Shown here: positions 18,301 through 27,478 of the stretch, piece after piece
How the letters are laid out: every line of letters begins with the position of its first letter
Position numbering within the stretch: the stretch's first letter is position 1
Assembly: GCA_038801785.1 (NCBI GenBank)
Contig: JAULTD010000002.1
Coordinates: 7,993-71,992 of the forward strand
Direction of reading: 5' to 3'
DNA length: 64,000 nt
Source of the DNA: Candidatus Methanomethylicaceae archaeon GD_Cm_T35_P0_bin.15
GTDB lineage: Archaea > Thermoproteota > Methanomethylicia > Methanomethylicales > Methanomethylicaceae
Notes under the pieces: generated by a model
What the model was told of the DNA's origin: nothing
Seen by the model: the letters and a program-made list of their open reading frames with translations, nothing else
Databases searched by the model: none
Made by a program: the position numbers and the translations under genes

Positions 18301-19275
18301 ATGGACAACATACTCGAAGTGCAGAAACTCAATACACGCTTCTTTACCGAAGCCGGTGTAGTCAAGGCACTCAACGACGTGTCCTTCTCAGTGGAGCGCG
18401 GCTGCACCCTGGGGCTGGTCGGCGAGAGCGGCAGCGGAAAATCGGTAACCGCGCAGTCCGTACTGAGGATCGTGCCGAGGCCCGGTAAGGTAATCAGCGG
18501 CACCGCGCTCTTCGATGGCGAGGATCTCCTCTCCAAAAAGGAGGAAGAGATGCGCAAGTTCAGGGGGAGAAAGATCTCTCTCATATTCCAGGACCCGACA
18601 AGTTCCCTCAACCCCCTCTTCACGATCGGGAGCCAGCTGGGGGACATCGTCGTCCAGCATGACCGGGTCAAGAAAGATGAGGCCATCGAGCAGGTCATCA
18701 AGACCCTGAAGCTGGTAAAGCTGCCCGATCCCGAGGAAGCGGTCCGGCGCTACCCCCACCAGTTCAGCGGCGGCATGAAGCAGAGGATATGCATAGCAAG
18801 GGCGCTGCTTCTGAACCCCAAGCTCCTCTTCGCAGACGAGCCGACCACGAACCTCGACGTCACCATACAGGCCCAGATAATCGCCCTCCTCAAGGATCTC
18901 CAGAAAGAGATCGGCATGACCCTCGTCATGATAACACACGATATGGGGATAGTGGCCGACATGTGCAAGTGCGTCGTGGTCCTCTATGGCGGGCGCGTCA
19001 TGGAGATCGGCGATATAGAGACGATCTTCGAGAGGCCCCACCCGTATACCGAGGCGCTTCTGAAGGCCGTGCCCCGTCTCGACGAGACGAAGAAGCTCAT
19101 CTCCATCCCGGGGAACATACCCAACCTGATCGACCCGCCGCCAGGCTGCGTCTTCCACCCGAGATGCCAGTACGCAACAGACGCGTGCAAGGAAAGGGTG
19201 CCCGAACTACAAGAGAACGGCAGCTCCCACTTTGTCTCCTGCATCAGATGGCGGGAGCTGCGGGGAGGCGAGTGA
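18301..19275 (+). CDS. ABC transporter ATP-binding protein (OppD/DppD-like)
   Basis: Starts MDNILEVQKL at ATG 18301. The track ORF 17578..19275 is an artefactual N-terminal extension. GESGSGKS, FSGGMKQR, LLFADEPTTNLD and a C-terminal oligopeptide-type extension with Cys residues. Confidence 0.9.
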   Translation: MDNILEVQKLNTRFFTEAGVVKALNDVSFSVERGCTLGLVGESGSGKSVTAQSVLRIVPRPGKVISGTALFDGEDLLSKKEEEMRKFRGRKISLIFQDPTSSLNPLFTIGSQLGDIVVQHDRVKKDEAIEQVIKTLKLVKLPDPEEAVRRYPHQFSGGMKQRICIARALLLNPKLLFADEPTTNLDVTIQAQIIALLKDLQKEIGMTLVMITHDMGIVADMCKCVVVLYGGRVMEIGDIETIFERPHPYTEALLKAVPRLDETKKLISIPGNIPNLIDPPPGCVFHPRCQYATDACKERVPELQENGSSHFVSCIRWRELRGGE

Positions 19276-19277
19276 GG

Positions 19278-20267
19278 ATGGCTCCGCTTCTTGAGGTCAG
19301 GGATCTGGTGAAGTACTACCCCGTCTACTCGAGGGGCATACTGACCAAGAAGGTGGTCGGAAAGGTCCATGCGGTCGACCACGTCAGCCTGACGGTCAAC
19401 GAGAGAGAGATTGTGGGGCTTGTGGGGGAGAGCGGCTGCGGCAAGACGACGACCGGGAAGCTCCTGCTCTACTTGGAAAAGCCCACCTCGGGCGAGATCA
19501 CGTTCGAGGGGAAGAACGTCATCGAGACCCTGTCCAACGGTTCCAGCGGGGAGAAGATGCTTCTTAGACGTTCTATGCAGATGGTCTTCCAGAATCCGTA
19601 TGCCTCGCTCGACCCGAGGATGACGATCTTTGACATAATAAGCGAGCCCTTCAAGATACATCAGCACATCCCCTCGAGCGAATGGAGGGATAAGGTCTAC
19701 GACCTCCTCTCACTGGTGGGCCTCGAGGCGTATCATGCCGAGAGGTATCCCCACGAGTTCAGCGGCGGGCAGAGGCAGAGGATATGCATAGCGAGGGCGC
19801 TGGCAGTCGATCCCAAGTTCATCGTTGCCGACGAGCCTGTATCGTCCCTCGACGTATCTATACGCGCGCAGATCCTGAACCTCATAATGGACCTGCAGCA
19901 GAGGCTGGGCATATCCTACCTCTACATCTCGCACGACCTCAGCTCAGTCAGGCAGATCACCCAGCGGGTTATGGTGATGTACCTCGGGGAGATAGTCGAG
20001 AGCGCCCCCACCGAGCAGCTCTTCGACCACCCCGCCCATCCATACACGAGAGCTCTGATGGCGGCAGTACCCGTTCCGGACCCCAGGAAGAAGGTGGCCG
20101 TGCCGCTCCTCTCCGGCGAGGTGCCAAGCCCTATAAACCCGCCCAAGGGCTGCAGGTTTCACCCTAGGTGCCGCAAGGCCACCTCAAAGTGCTGCGAAGA
20201 GCCGCCCGTTATGGTAAAAGTCGGCACAGACCATTACGTCTCATGCCATTACCTCGACGGATTTTAG
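19278..20267 (+). CDS. ABC transporter ATP-binding protein (OppF/DppF-like)
   Basis: Starts MAPLLEVRDL at ATG 19278. GESGCGKTT, FSGGQRQR and IVADEPVSSLD. Confidence 0.9.
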   Translation: MAPLLEVRDLVKYYPVYSRGILTKKVVGKVHAVDHVSLTVNEREIVGLVGESGCGKTTTGKLLLYLEKPTSGEITFEGKNVIETLSNGSSGEKMLLRRSMQMVFQNPYASLDPRMTIFDIISEPFKIHQHIPSSEWRDKVYDLLSLVGLEAYHAERYPHEFSGGQRQRICIARALAVDPKFIVADEPVSSLDVSIRAQILNLIMDLQQRLGISYLYISHDLSSVRQITQRVMVMYLGEIVESAPTEQLFDHPAHPYTRALMAAVPVPDPRKKVAVPLLSGEVPSPINPPKGCRFHPRCRKATSKCCEEPPVMVKVGTDHYVSCHYLDGF

Positions 20268-20510
20268 CTGCAAACGCGGGCGGTCTCTCGCCGGCACCTC
20301 CCCGCCAGCCAACGGCGCACAAGGCGCCGGCTTGCCCCTCATAAGAGGCGTTTCAAAAAAGGATGTAGTCAGCATTTTCTACCTAAAATTTTGACGGAAA
20401 TACATTTTCAGCCTATGTTTGTAAACTTTCCTATGGTAGAGTTATGACAGCCCTTAAATATTATCTTGTCTCAAGTGATCTCACACTACACAGATTGTGT
20501 ATGGGGTAAA

Positions 20511-22922
20511 ATGTATATGAACAAACAGTTATTTGCTATATCTCTGCTTGTGCTGATGGTTGCCTCTCTCTGCGCAGTCTTTCCAGTGCCTGCCGTTGAA
20601 GCCGCCGACAACCAGCCGTTCTTCAAGATGACCATAGTCGCTCCGGGCGATGCCAATCCCGCGAGACGCAATTGGGGACAGATCATCGCCAACTCGTTCC
20701 AGTCCGCTGGCATCGATGCGCGCGTAGTCTTCCTGGGATGGGGGAGCGTTTACGACAGATGCCTGACCCCTGCCGCCGAGAACATCGGTAAGACTTGGGA
20801 CGAGGGCGGCTTCGACGCCCTCTTGATCGGGTGGACCCCTGGTTCGCCCTCAACCCCCTACCTGGGCTCCTTCCAGATCTACTACAGCAAGAACCTGCCA
20901 CCAAACTCTAACTATTTCCTGTGGAACAACGCTACCAGCGACAGGTACCTTGAGCAGTCCCTGGTCCTGGGGTACACCGATGCAGGCAAGGCGGCATTCG
21001 ACAACTGGCAGCTAGTCCAGTACCAGGACGTCCCTGCCTCACAGATCCACTTCACCTCGGCCGTCTTCTCTGCGGATAATGCCCTGAACTTCCATGACTT
21101 TGAGTGGATCTTCGACAATATCGGCCCTGTCCCGCAATTCGTGACCGGCAGGACAGAGATCACCCTCGCCAGCACCGGCGAACTGCTCTCCCTCAACCCG
21201 CCGCTCTCGAACTCCTGGTACGACACCATCGCGTTTAACCCCGTCTTCGACGGCCTCTACTACCTCGACACCGACTACTCTTACAAGCCCGCGATCGCGG
21301 CTGCTGATCCCGTGGTCTCCAACAACGGCTCGACCTACACCTACACCCTGAAGCAGGGCGTCAAGTTCCATGACGGTGTGGAGCTGACCGCTGACGACAT
21401 CCTCTTCACCTACCTCGCCTACCTCAACCCGCAGTCCGGATCCCAGCAGTCGGCAACCGTTGCAGGCTACACTGGTGACGATGTGACCTTCAAGTGGCTC
21501 AACGGGTCGACTACGAGGCTGGTGATCGATAACGTTGCAGGTGTCGGCATATACCCGGCTACCACTGAGACCGGGACCCGCCAGGGAACTATTGAGGCGG
21601 TAGACACCTACACCGTCAGGATCACTATCCCCGACTTTGGCGATCTCGGCGCGCCCGCGGCTACATTCCACCCCGAGGGTGAGCCGTCCTACATACTTCC
21701 AAAGCATGTCCTTGAGACCGTTCCCTTCAGCGAGTGGCAGAACCACCCGTTCACCAAGGGCACGGGCACCTACACCGCCAACGGCCAGACCTTCTCTGGG
21801 CCCATCGGAACCGGACCGTACGTCTACAAGAGCTACGATGCAACCAGAGCACTTGTAGAGCTCGATAAGTTCAACGACTACTATGACAAGGCAGCCTTGG
21901 AGTCCCAGGGCCTATTCACCGTACAGAAGTACTATGTCAGGTATATTGAAGAGAAGGACGGCGCCATTGCGGCCCTGAAGAACGGCGAGGTCCAGATGCT
22001 GGATCAGAACTACCAGCAGGGGAGGGATTATGTCGCCGGCAACCTTAACTTCGCCACCAACTATGTGCTCGAGGGCTCGGGCATACAGCAGCTCGGCTAC
22101 AACCTGAGGCACCCGGTCTTCGGGACAGGAACCGCCACGCCTGTGGGTCAGGCTGACCCATCAAAGGCGGCTGAGGCTGCCAGGAACGTCAGGATGGCCT
22201 TTGAGTACCTGATCCCGCGGCAGCTCATCGTCGACAACCTCATGAGCGGCCTTGGAGCCCCGGCAGCGGTTCACGTGAACCCAGTCAGCCCGTACTACAA
22301 CAACCAGTGTGTGCCCCGTGAGTACAGCCCCTCCACCGCAAGCCAGTACCTTGCCAAGGCAGGATACGGGACAGGCGCCGCCCCCGCCGGACCGACACCA
22401 TCCGCGACCTACCTGGTCAACCAGTCCATAGTCTTCACCGGCAACTTCTCGATCGATCCAACGATCGAGAGCGGGCATGGCGGTATTGTAGCCCTGCTGG
22501 AGAAGCAGGTCAACAGTACTACTTGGACGCCGGTAGCTATGGGGAACACCATGAGCGGCGGGTACTATGCCATTCCGTACACTCCGACACAGACCGGCGT
22601 TCAGACCTTCAGAGTCTACCTGACAGGCTTTGGTGCAGACGATGCAGCTGCGAGAGGATTCACAACCCCGACCTTCAACTACTTTACTCTGCCGTCCGCA
22701 CTTCAGGTGGTACCGCCTGATACATCTGATCCCGTAACCTACAACATAACTTCCATAAGCAGCGTCCTCGCACCGTTGCAGAGCCAGATAACTACCCTGA
22801 ACAGTCAGCTCAGTGCAGCCAACGCACAACTGAGTAGCACGACGACGCTCATGTACGCCGGCTGGGCAGTTGCCATCATTGCGCTGATAGCCGTCGCGTT
22901 CGTTGCCATGCGCAAGAAGTAA
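20511..22922 (+). CDS. ABC transporter substrate-binding protein (family 5, peptide/nickel type) with signal peptide and C-terminal membrane anchor
   Basis: About 800 aa. N-terminal hydrophobic signal (LFAISLLVLMVASLCAVF), an SBP_bac_5-like core, and a C-terminal TM (YAGWAVAIIALIAVAFVAM-RKK). Preceded by a 240-nt AT-rich gap. Confidence 0.85.
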   Translation: MYMNKQLFAISLLVLMVASLCAVFPVPAVEAADNQPFFKMTIVAPGDANPARRNWGQIIANSFQSAGIDARVVFLGWGSVYDRCLTPAAENIGKTWDEGGFDALLIGWTPGSPSTPYLGSFQIYYSKNLPPNSNYFLWNNATSDRYLEQSLVLGYTDAGKAAFDNWQLVQYQDVPASQIHFTSAVFSADNALNFHDFEWIFDNIGPVPQFVTGRTEITLASTGELLSLNPPLSNSWYDTIAFNPVFDGLYYLDTDYSYKPAIAAADPVVSNNGSTYTYTLKQGVKFHDGVELTADDILFTYLAYLNPQSGSQQSATVAGYTGDDVTFKWLNGSTTRLVIDNVAGVGIYPATTETGTRQGTIEAVDTYTVRITIPDFGDLGAPAATFHPEGEPSYILPKHVLETVPFSEWQNHPFTKGTGTYTANGQTFSGPIGTGPYVYKSYDATRALVELDKFNDYYDKAALESQGLFTVQKYYVRYIEEKDGAIAALKNGEVQMLDQNYQQGRDYVAGNLNFATNYVLEGSGIQQLGYNLRHPVFGTGTATPVGQADPSKAAEAARNVRMAFEYLIPRQLIVDNLMSGLGAPAAVHVNPVSPYYNNQCVPREYSPSTASQYLAKAGYGTGAAPAGPTPSATYLVNQSIVFTGNFSIDPTIESGHGGIVALLEKQVNSTTWTPVAMGNTMSGGYYAIPYTPTQTGVQTFRVYLTGFGADDAAARGFTTPTFNYFTLPSALQVVPPDTSDPVTYNITSISSVLAPLQSQITTLNSQLSAANAQLSSTTTLMYAGWAVAIIALIAVAFVAMRKK

Positions 22923-22960
22923 GGCGTGAGAAACGCCCCCTTCTCTTTTTTTGCCTTTTT
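22923..22960 (+). terminator. hairpin plus oligo-T tracts after the SBP gene
   Basis: ggcgtgagaaacgcc hairpin followed by T7 (22946-22952) and T5 (22956-22960). Archaeal terminators are oligo-T. Confidence 0.55.
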
Positions 22961-23080
22961 ACTATTTGCCAGTTTTCTTAGCTTGTTCTCCTTCGTTCTC
23001 GCCTTGACTTTGTATTTGCCCCACTCAGGAAACTTTCCTTAACCTGCCCTGCATTGGCCCTGCCCAGAATCTGCCCTGAA

Positions 23081-23455
23081 TCAGAGCGTGGCTAGCGCCA
23101 GCAGGATGGACTCGCTCAGTAAGACCAAACCGAGCAAGGCGAATCTTTTTCCTATCCTTACCTGCTCTTTCATCGGGATAGGGGCTTCTCTGGCCCCGGT
23201 CTTTTCTGTATTACCGTCCTTTCCTGCCTTCCTTGATCTCGACCGTCTGTCTATGGCATGGATGGATGCGCTCGAGAGGAGGAACCCAAAGAGCCCTCCC
23301 ATGATGAGCATAAGCGCGCTGGCGAGGAGCAGAGCGGTCATGAACCCTCCAAGCAGTCCCCCTCCCGCAAAGTAGATTACGACCGCCACCAAGAATGCTG
23401 CCGCATTAGATATTACCAAGTCGATTGAGAGGCGTTTAATGATCGCACCAGCCAT
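23081..23455 (-). CDS. hypothetical membrane protein
   Basis: 124 aa with 3-4 hydrophobic helices. No family recognised. Confidence 0.45.
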   Translation of the reverse strand: MAGAIIKRLSIDLVISNAAAFLVAVVIYFAGGGLLGGFMTALLLASALMLIMGGLFGFLLSSASIHAIDRRSRSRKAGKDGNTEKTGAREAPIPMKEQVRIGKRFALLGLVLLSESILLALATL

Positions 23456-23506
23456 AAGGCCACTTCTTGCGATGAGAAGAGGCGTCCTGCAATAAAAACC
23501 TTAATA

Positions 23507-24436
23507 ATGCCAGTGGCTGAACTACCCTCTAACAACCCGGTGATTCGAGTGCCTGCGAAGAAGGACGCGCCGTCGGCAAAGATGAAGATCTTCATACTCT
23601 TCATGCTCGTCATACTCGTCGCCTCTGTCGGGGGGGTCCTCCTCAATCGGCAAGATAACCGGATAGTTGCGCCACCCGCGTCCGACTTCTCAGCCAAAGG
23701 CTGGATGTATCTGGTGCCGGCTGACGTCACCGGCTTCCGCTTCCTCAACCTCACCGAGATATCAAAATACCCGGGCGTCTTCGGTTCGACGTCCCTCCTC
23801 AACCTCACTGACGTCGGCGTGGAGCTGTCCATTGCTGACGCCTCTTTCGGTCTCGACATGGCTACCAAGAACGGCTCTCTAATCAACGTGATAGGACTGA
23901 CGGATTCAAGCGCCCAAAACGTCTCGGCTGCCCTGCAGGCGGGCAACCTCACCACCTCCACCTACAACGGCCTAGGGATATACCGGCTCTCGTCCGCCCC
24001 GGTGGCGGGGAGCGGAGGAGCCTGGGTATGTGTCTACAACAGTGTCCTCATCCTCTGTGAGGGCGAGGACATCGCCCTGGAGGGGGTAAAGAGCGTGATC
24101 GATGCAGGGGAACGCCCGTTCTTCAGCAGCGATGCGCTCAAGGTCGGCTACCTTCTCTCGGTAAACGGGCGGGAGGTTCTTGCGTTCACCTACTATGAGG
24201 CAGGGGGCGACCCTTACAATGTCGACTGGGAGATGAGGGGCGTCTCAAACTCGTCCGGGCTCGCGGTCCGCGACGTCCTCTACTTCCCGTCGAGCAGCGA
24301 TCTGGAAAACAACAAAAACGAGATCACACGATCCCTCTACGCAAGGGCGGACGCGGTCTTCCTCAGCGAGAAATTTATGATCGGTGCGTTCCTGTATCCG
24401 TACTCAGAGATACGGGCGGTACTGATGGGCCTCTGA
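23507..24436 (+). CDS. hypothetical membrane-anchored (extracytoplasmic) protein
   Basis: 309 aa with an N-terminal TM (IFILFMLVILVASVGGVLL) and NxS/T-rich body. The start could be the internal MKIF at 23582. Confidence 0.5.
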   Translation: MPVAELPSNNPVIRVPAKKDAPSAKMKIFILFMLVILVASVGGVLLNRQDNRIVAPPASDFSAKGWMYLVPADVTGFRFLNLTEISKYPGVFGSTSLLNLTDVGVELSIADASFGLDMATKNGSLINVIGLTDSSAQNVSAALQAGNLTTSTYNGLGIYRLSSAPVAGSGGAWVCVYNSVLILCEGEDIALEGVKSVIDAGERPFFSSDALKVGYLLSVNGREVLAFTYYEAGGDPYNVDWEMRGVSNSSGLAVRDVLYFPSSSDLENNKNEITRSLYARADAVFLSEKFMIGAFLYPYSEIRAVLMGL

Positions 24437-24659
24437 GGTGGGGCGGGGCAGGCCTAAATCCCAACTGCCTGCTCTGCACCTCCGGGAATCCGACCTTCCC
24501 AGCGGTGGCGTTGAACCCCTCAGGACGGGCTCTCGGGTCGCTGGTCCGCGTTTTCGCCCTCAAGGACGTTCAACGTTCAGGTAGAGCATATCCTCCTTCG
24601 ATCGCAATACTAATAAATTAAGAGGCCTCTAATCGGAATGCTCACGGTGATGCAGTAAT

Positions 24660-25025
24660 ATGGCTGACCGCCCGCGGCTGGTGCTTTTGATGGTGGCCAT
24701 TCAGGCAGCCTTTGTAGCAATCAACCTGAGCATGCCGTTCCTCACCGGAAGCTTCCTTTCGTATACATACCTCGATTTCCTGATGGCCTACCTGACCGCC
24801 ATAATCGAGCTGATCCTTGTCGTGGGGTTCCTGAGAGGCTCCAAGTGGGCGTGGTTCGCCGGCCTCTTCTACAGCGGCCTCTCAGTGCTGATGTACGCCG
24901 TCTCATACCTCTCCGTCCCCTCGGTGTTCTACATAATCCTGATATTCATGCGTATTGTGGTGATGGCCTCGCTGAGGAGCAGGAACGTCCGAGCCTACTT
25001 TGACATCACCCGGTTCACTCGATGA
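24660..25025 (+). CDS. hypothetical integral membrane protein
   Basis: 121 aa with four hydrophobic segments. Confidence 0.5.
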   Translation: MADRPRLVLLMVAIQAAFVAINLSMPFLTGSFLSYTYLDFLMAYLTAIIELILVVGFLRGSKWAWFAGLFYSGLSVLMYAVSYLSVPSVFYIILIFMRIVVMASLRSRNVRAYFDITRFTR

Positions 25026-25698
25026 GCGGGAATACCTCCTCCCTTATATATGAGAGGAACTCCGCCTCCTGGATCTCGCTGAACGCGGTCACCACCGAGC
25101 TCCTCGTGACGCCTGCTACTATGCCATACCTCTTGGATTTGAAGACTATGTACCAGATGACGCCGTGGCTCAGGTAGTCGTTGTAGAGCGCGGTGTTGGC
25201 CAAGCCCGTACCGTATAGCGAGAGCTTGTCGACATTAGGTATATCGACACCGTCGAAGAAGATCACCTTCGTATCGTCGGGGTTTGCCTCATGGAACGTC
25301 TTCAGCGTCTCCGGGAGGATCTTGGCCTCGACGATACCGCCTGTGGTGATAAAGAGTATCCTGCTCAGCTCATTGGCTATGTTGTTGGCAACCCTCTTCT
25401 TCTCCAGCACAATCAGGAGCGTCCTATCGCCGTTCTTGACGAAGAGGAAAGGCGCCTCAAGGGTCCTGACGACCAGCCTCTCCCCCTCCCTGTGGGCGAC
25501 CGTGAACGGGATGTCCTGCGAGAAGACGCCCTGCAGCGAGTCCGGGGTCAGGGCGAGCCTGTCTATCTCTGTGATGAGGTTGAACTTGTGCTCGTTCTGG
25601 GCATATTCCTCTTCCTTCCTGTACTCTTTCAGTTTTGCCGATATAGTCGGGAGGTCGATCTCCTCCCTGACTTTAAAGACCTTGCCAGCCAAAACCAT
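25015..25698 (-). CDS. hypothetical protein, co-transcribed downstream of topoisomerase IB
   Basis: 227 aa from ATG 25698 (the track opens at TTG 25743). No family recognised. Contains GDRTLLIVLEKK (D-x7-E-x-K), weakly reminiscent of PD-(D/E)xK cores. Confidence 0.55.
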   Translation of the reverse strand: MVLAGKVFKVREEIDLPTISAKLKEYRKEEEYAQNEHKFNLITEIDRLALTPDSLQGVFSQDIPFTVAHREGERLVVRTLEAPFLFVKNGDRTLLIVLEKKRVANNIANELSRILFITTGGIVEAKILPETLKTFHEANPDDTKVIFFDGVDIPNVDKLSLYGTGLANTALYNDYLSHGVIWYIVFKSKRYGIVAGVTRSSVVTAFSEIQEAEFLSYIREEVFPLIE

Positions 25699-25808
25699 CC
25701 TGAACGCCCCACCCCTCTGTTGAGGGCGCTTTAATATAAGCAATGTCCCGCAAGCCCCATTGCACGGATAAGCGCATGGAATAGGACGGGGAGGTAAAAG
25801 GGCCAGGC

Positions 25809-27326
25809 TCAGCTCTCCTTGTCGATCCAGCCGAACCTCCTCTGCAGAGACTTGTTGTAGTAAAGCTTCCAGTCGTAATCGATCCTCCTCCCCCAGTTCG
25901 CGTAGACCCTGGGATCGATATAATTCTTCAGCGAGGTGTTGAGATTATAGTCCCGGGTAGCGGTTATGGCCTTTATCCTCAGTTCGAGCTCCCTGATCCT
26001 ATCCCTCTTGGCGTTCTTCTCCTTCAGGGCCCTGAGCCTCTCCCTCTTCTTCTCGAGCGACTCTTCCCAGTTCTTCGGCATCTTCCTCTTGTGGTTGCAG
26101 ACTATGGCTGCCTGCAGGTTTGCCATTGTGGCATAATACCTCTTGACGTAGGCGGGGTCCTCCGGCTTGACCTTCGCCTTCTCAAGCTCGCCCTTGGCGG
26201 TTATCGAGGCATGATAGGTCCTGAAGACCTTTGCCGAGAGCCCCGGCATCACCTCTGCGAGGTAGGCGTTGACCCTCTGGGACCTGATACCGTTGAAGAG
26301 GGTGCCGTTGCCCTCCTTCACGTACTCCATAAGGTTGTCCACTACCGGCTCCTGTGGCATAATCGTGCAGTTCCACCTGACGCAGTCCTTTCCCAAGAAA
26401 TCGAAATTGACCGATCCGTCCGGTCTGAACTTGATGTGCTCTGCCCTCAGGGTTGTTGCACCGACGGTATCTGCCTCATCGTCCCCCTTCTCATCGCCCA
26501 CCCTCATCTTGAGGTGATCGATCAGATAGCAGACCGTCGCGACCTTCCTCAGTGTGGGGTCCCTTGACCTGAGCCCGTCAAGGATGTGCTTCCTCACCTC
26601 CCTGATCTTCTTCTCCAGCTCCCACGCCTTGTCAAACTTCTCCACATCCCTTACCTGCTTTATGTACGCTGTATCGGAGAGCCAGACATACTTCATCTTG
26701 CCTCTCAGCTTGTCCTTCCACCTCGCGACCCAGAGCGAGGAGGGGTCAAAGAGGACTGCCCCCCACCTACCGCCGTTCGGCGGTTCGGGCACCTTGGCGT
26801 CGGGGGAGAGGTTCAGCGTGATATCTTCTGCCTTGAGGCCGGGTTTCCACACCCCCCTCATGGGGTGCTCCCCCCTGCCCATGAATATCGAGGCCGGTTC
26901 AACCATATAGTTGCTGATCTCCATCGGCATGCCATTGACATAGGCGAAGCCGTACTTCTGCCTGTTCTCCTCTCTGATCCTCTTCCTCTCGGCGGCGAGA
27001 GCCTTCCTCTCCTCCCTGCTCATCCCCTCCCTCTTCGCCCTCTCCGACTCTAGCCACTTCACGATCTGCGAAAAATCGAAATCGTCGGGGCCGACCGCCT
27101 CACTTATCCCCAGCGCCTTGCCGAAGTCGGCGAAGAAGTTCCTCACGAAGACCTTGTCCTTGACGTAATCGGTGCTGAGCTTCCTTGCCCAGGCGACAGC
27201 CATCTCCTCCTGATCCGGGGTCAGCGCCAGCTCCCTTCCCCTGAAGGTGATCCTGAAGCCCAGCGGCTTGTAGACCGGTATCAGCACGCCGTTAGTGATC
27301 AGCTGCCTGACCTCGATCTTTTCCAT
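25809..27326 (-). CDS. eukaryote-type DNA topoisomerase IB
   Basis: 505 aa. IFMGRGEHPMRG, DTVGATTLR, FDFLGKD, KVFRTYHASIT, AIVCNHKR and the C-terminal catalytic-Tyr context LNTSLKNYIDPRVY align motif by motif with eukaryotic Topo I. Confidence 0.92.
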   Translation of the reverse strand: MEKIEVRQLITNGVLIPVYKPLGFRITFRGRELALTPDQEEMAVAWARKLSTDYVKDKVFVRNFFADFGKALGISEAVGPDDFDFSQIVKWLESERAKREGMSREERKALAAERKRIREENRQKYGFAYVNGMPMEISNYMVEPASIFMGRGEHPMRGVWKPGLKAEDITLNLSPDAKVPEPPNGGRWGAVLFDPSSLWVARWKDKLRGKMKYVWLSDTAYIKQVRDVEKFDKAWELEKKIREVRKHILDGLRSRDPTLRKVATVCYLIDHLKMRVGDEKGDDEADTVGATTLRAEHIKFRPDGSVNFDFLGKDCVRWNCTIMPQEPVVDNLMEYVKEGNGTLFNGIRSQRVNAYLAEVMPGLSAKVFRTYHASITAKGELEKAKVKPEDPAYVKRYYATMANLQAAIVCNHKRKMPKNWEESLEKKRERLRALKEKNAKRDRIRELELRIKAITATRDYNLNTSLKNYIDPRVYANWGRRIDYDWKLYYNKSLQRRFGWIDKES

Positions 27327-27431
27327 GGCGATCGCCCTGATAGCTGTTAACGAGTAATGATATTATAGATAAACTTTTTTGAGTTATGGGTGCCGCTCCA
27401 TGAGGGCCTCCAGCTCTGAGCTGGGGCGAAG

Positions 27432-27439
27432 TTTATAAG
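27432..27439 (+). promoter_or_regulatory. TATA-box-like element upstream of the SMC-like operon
   Basis: tttataag lies 40 nt upstream of ATG 27479. The same octamer precedes the AbrB-like ORF (31486) and a near copy precedes the MCP (56512). Confidence 0.4.
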
Positions 27440-27478
27440 GCAGGGTTCCACTCTGGAAAGTTCCAAGGGGCACCATGA

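Noticed and set aside
17578-19275. 565-aa ORF suggesting a long N-terminal extension of the OppD-like ATPase (and similarly 18789..20267 for the OppF-like ATPase)
   Set aside because: The extensions are Arg/Pro/Gly-rich out-of-frame readings of the preceding real genes. The canonical ATPase N-termini start at ATG 18301 and ATG 19278, immediately after the upstream stop codons.
27455-27470. Short inverted repeats (ttcca-ctc-tggaa; ggaa-ag-ttcc) just upstream of the SMC-like gene as an operator
   Set aside because: The arms are only 4-5 bp, well within chance expectation.
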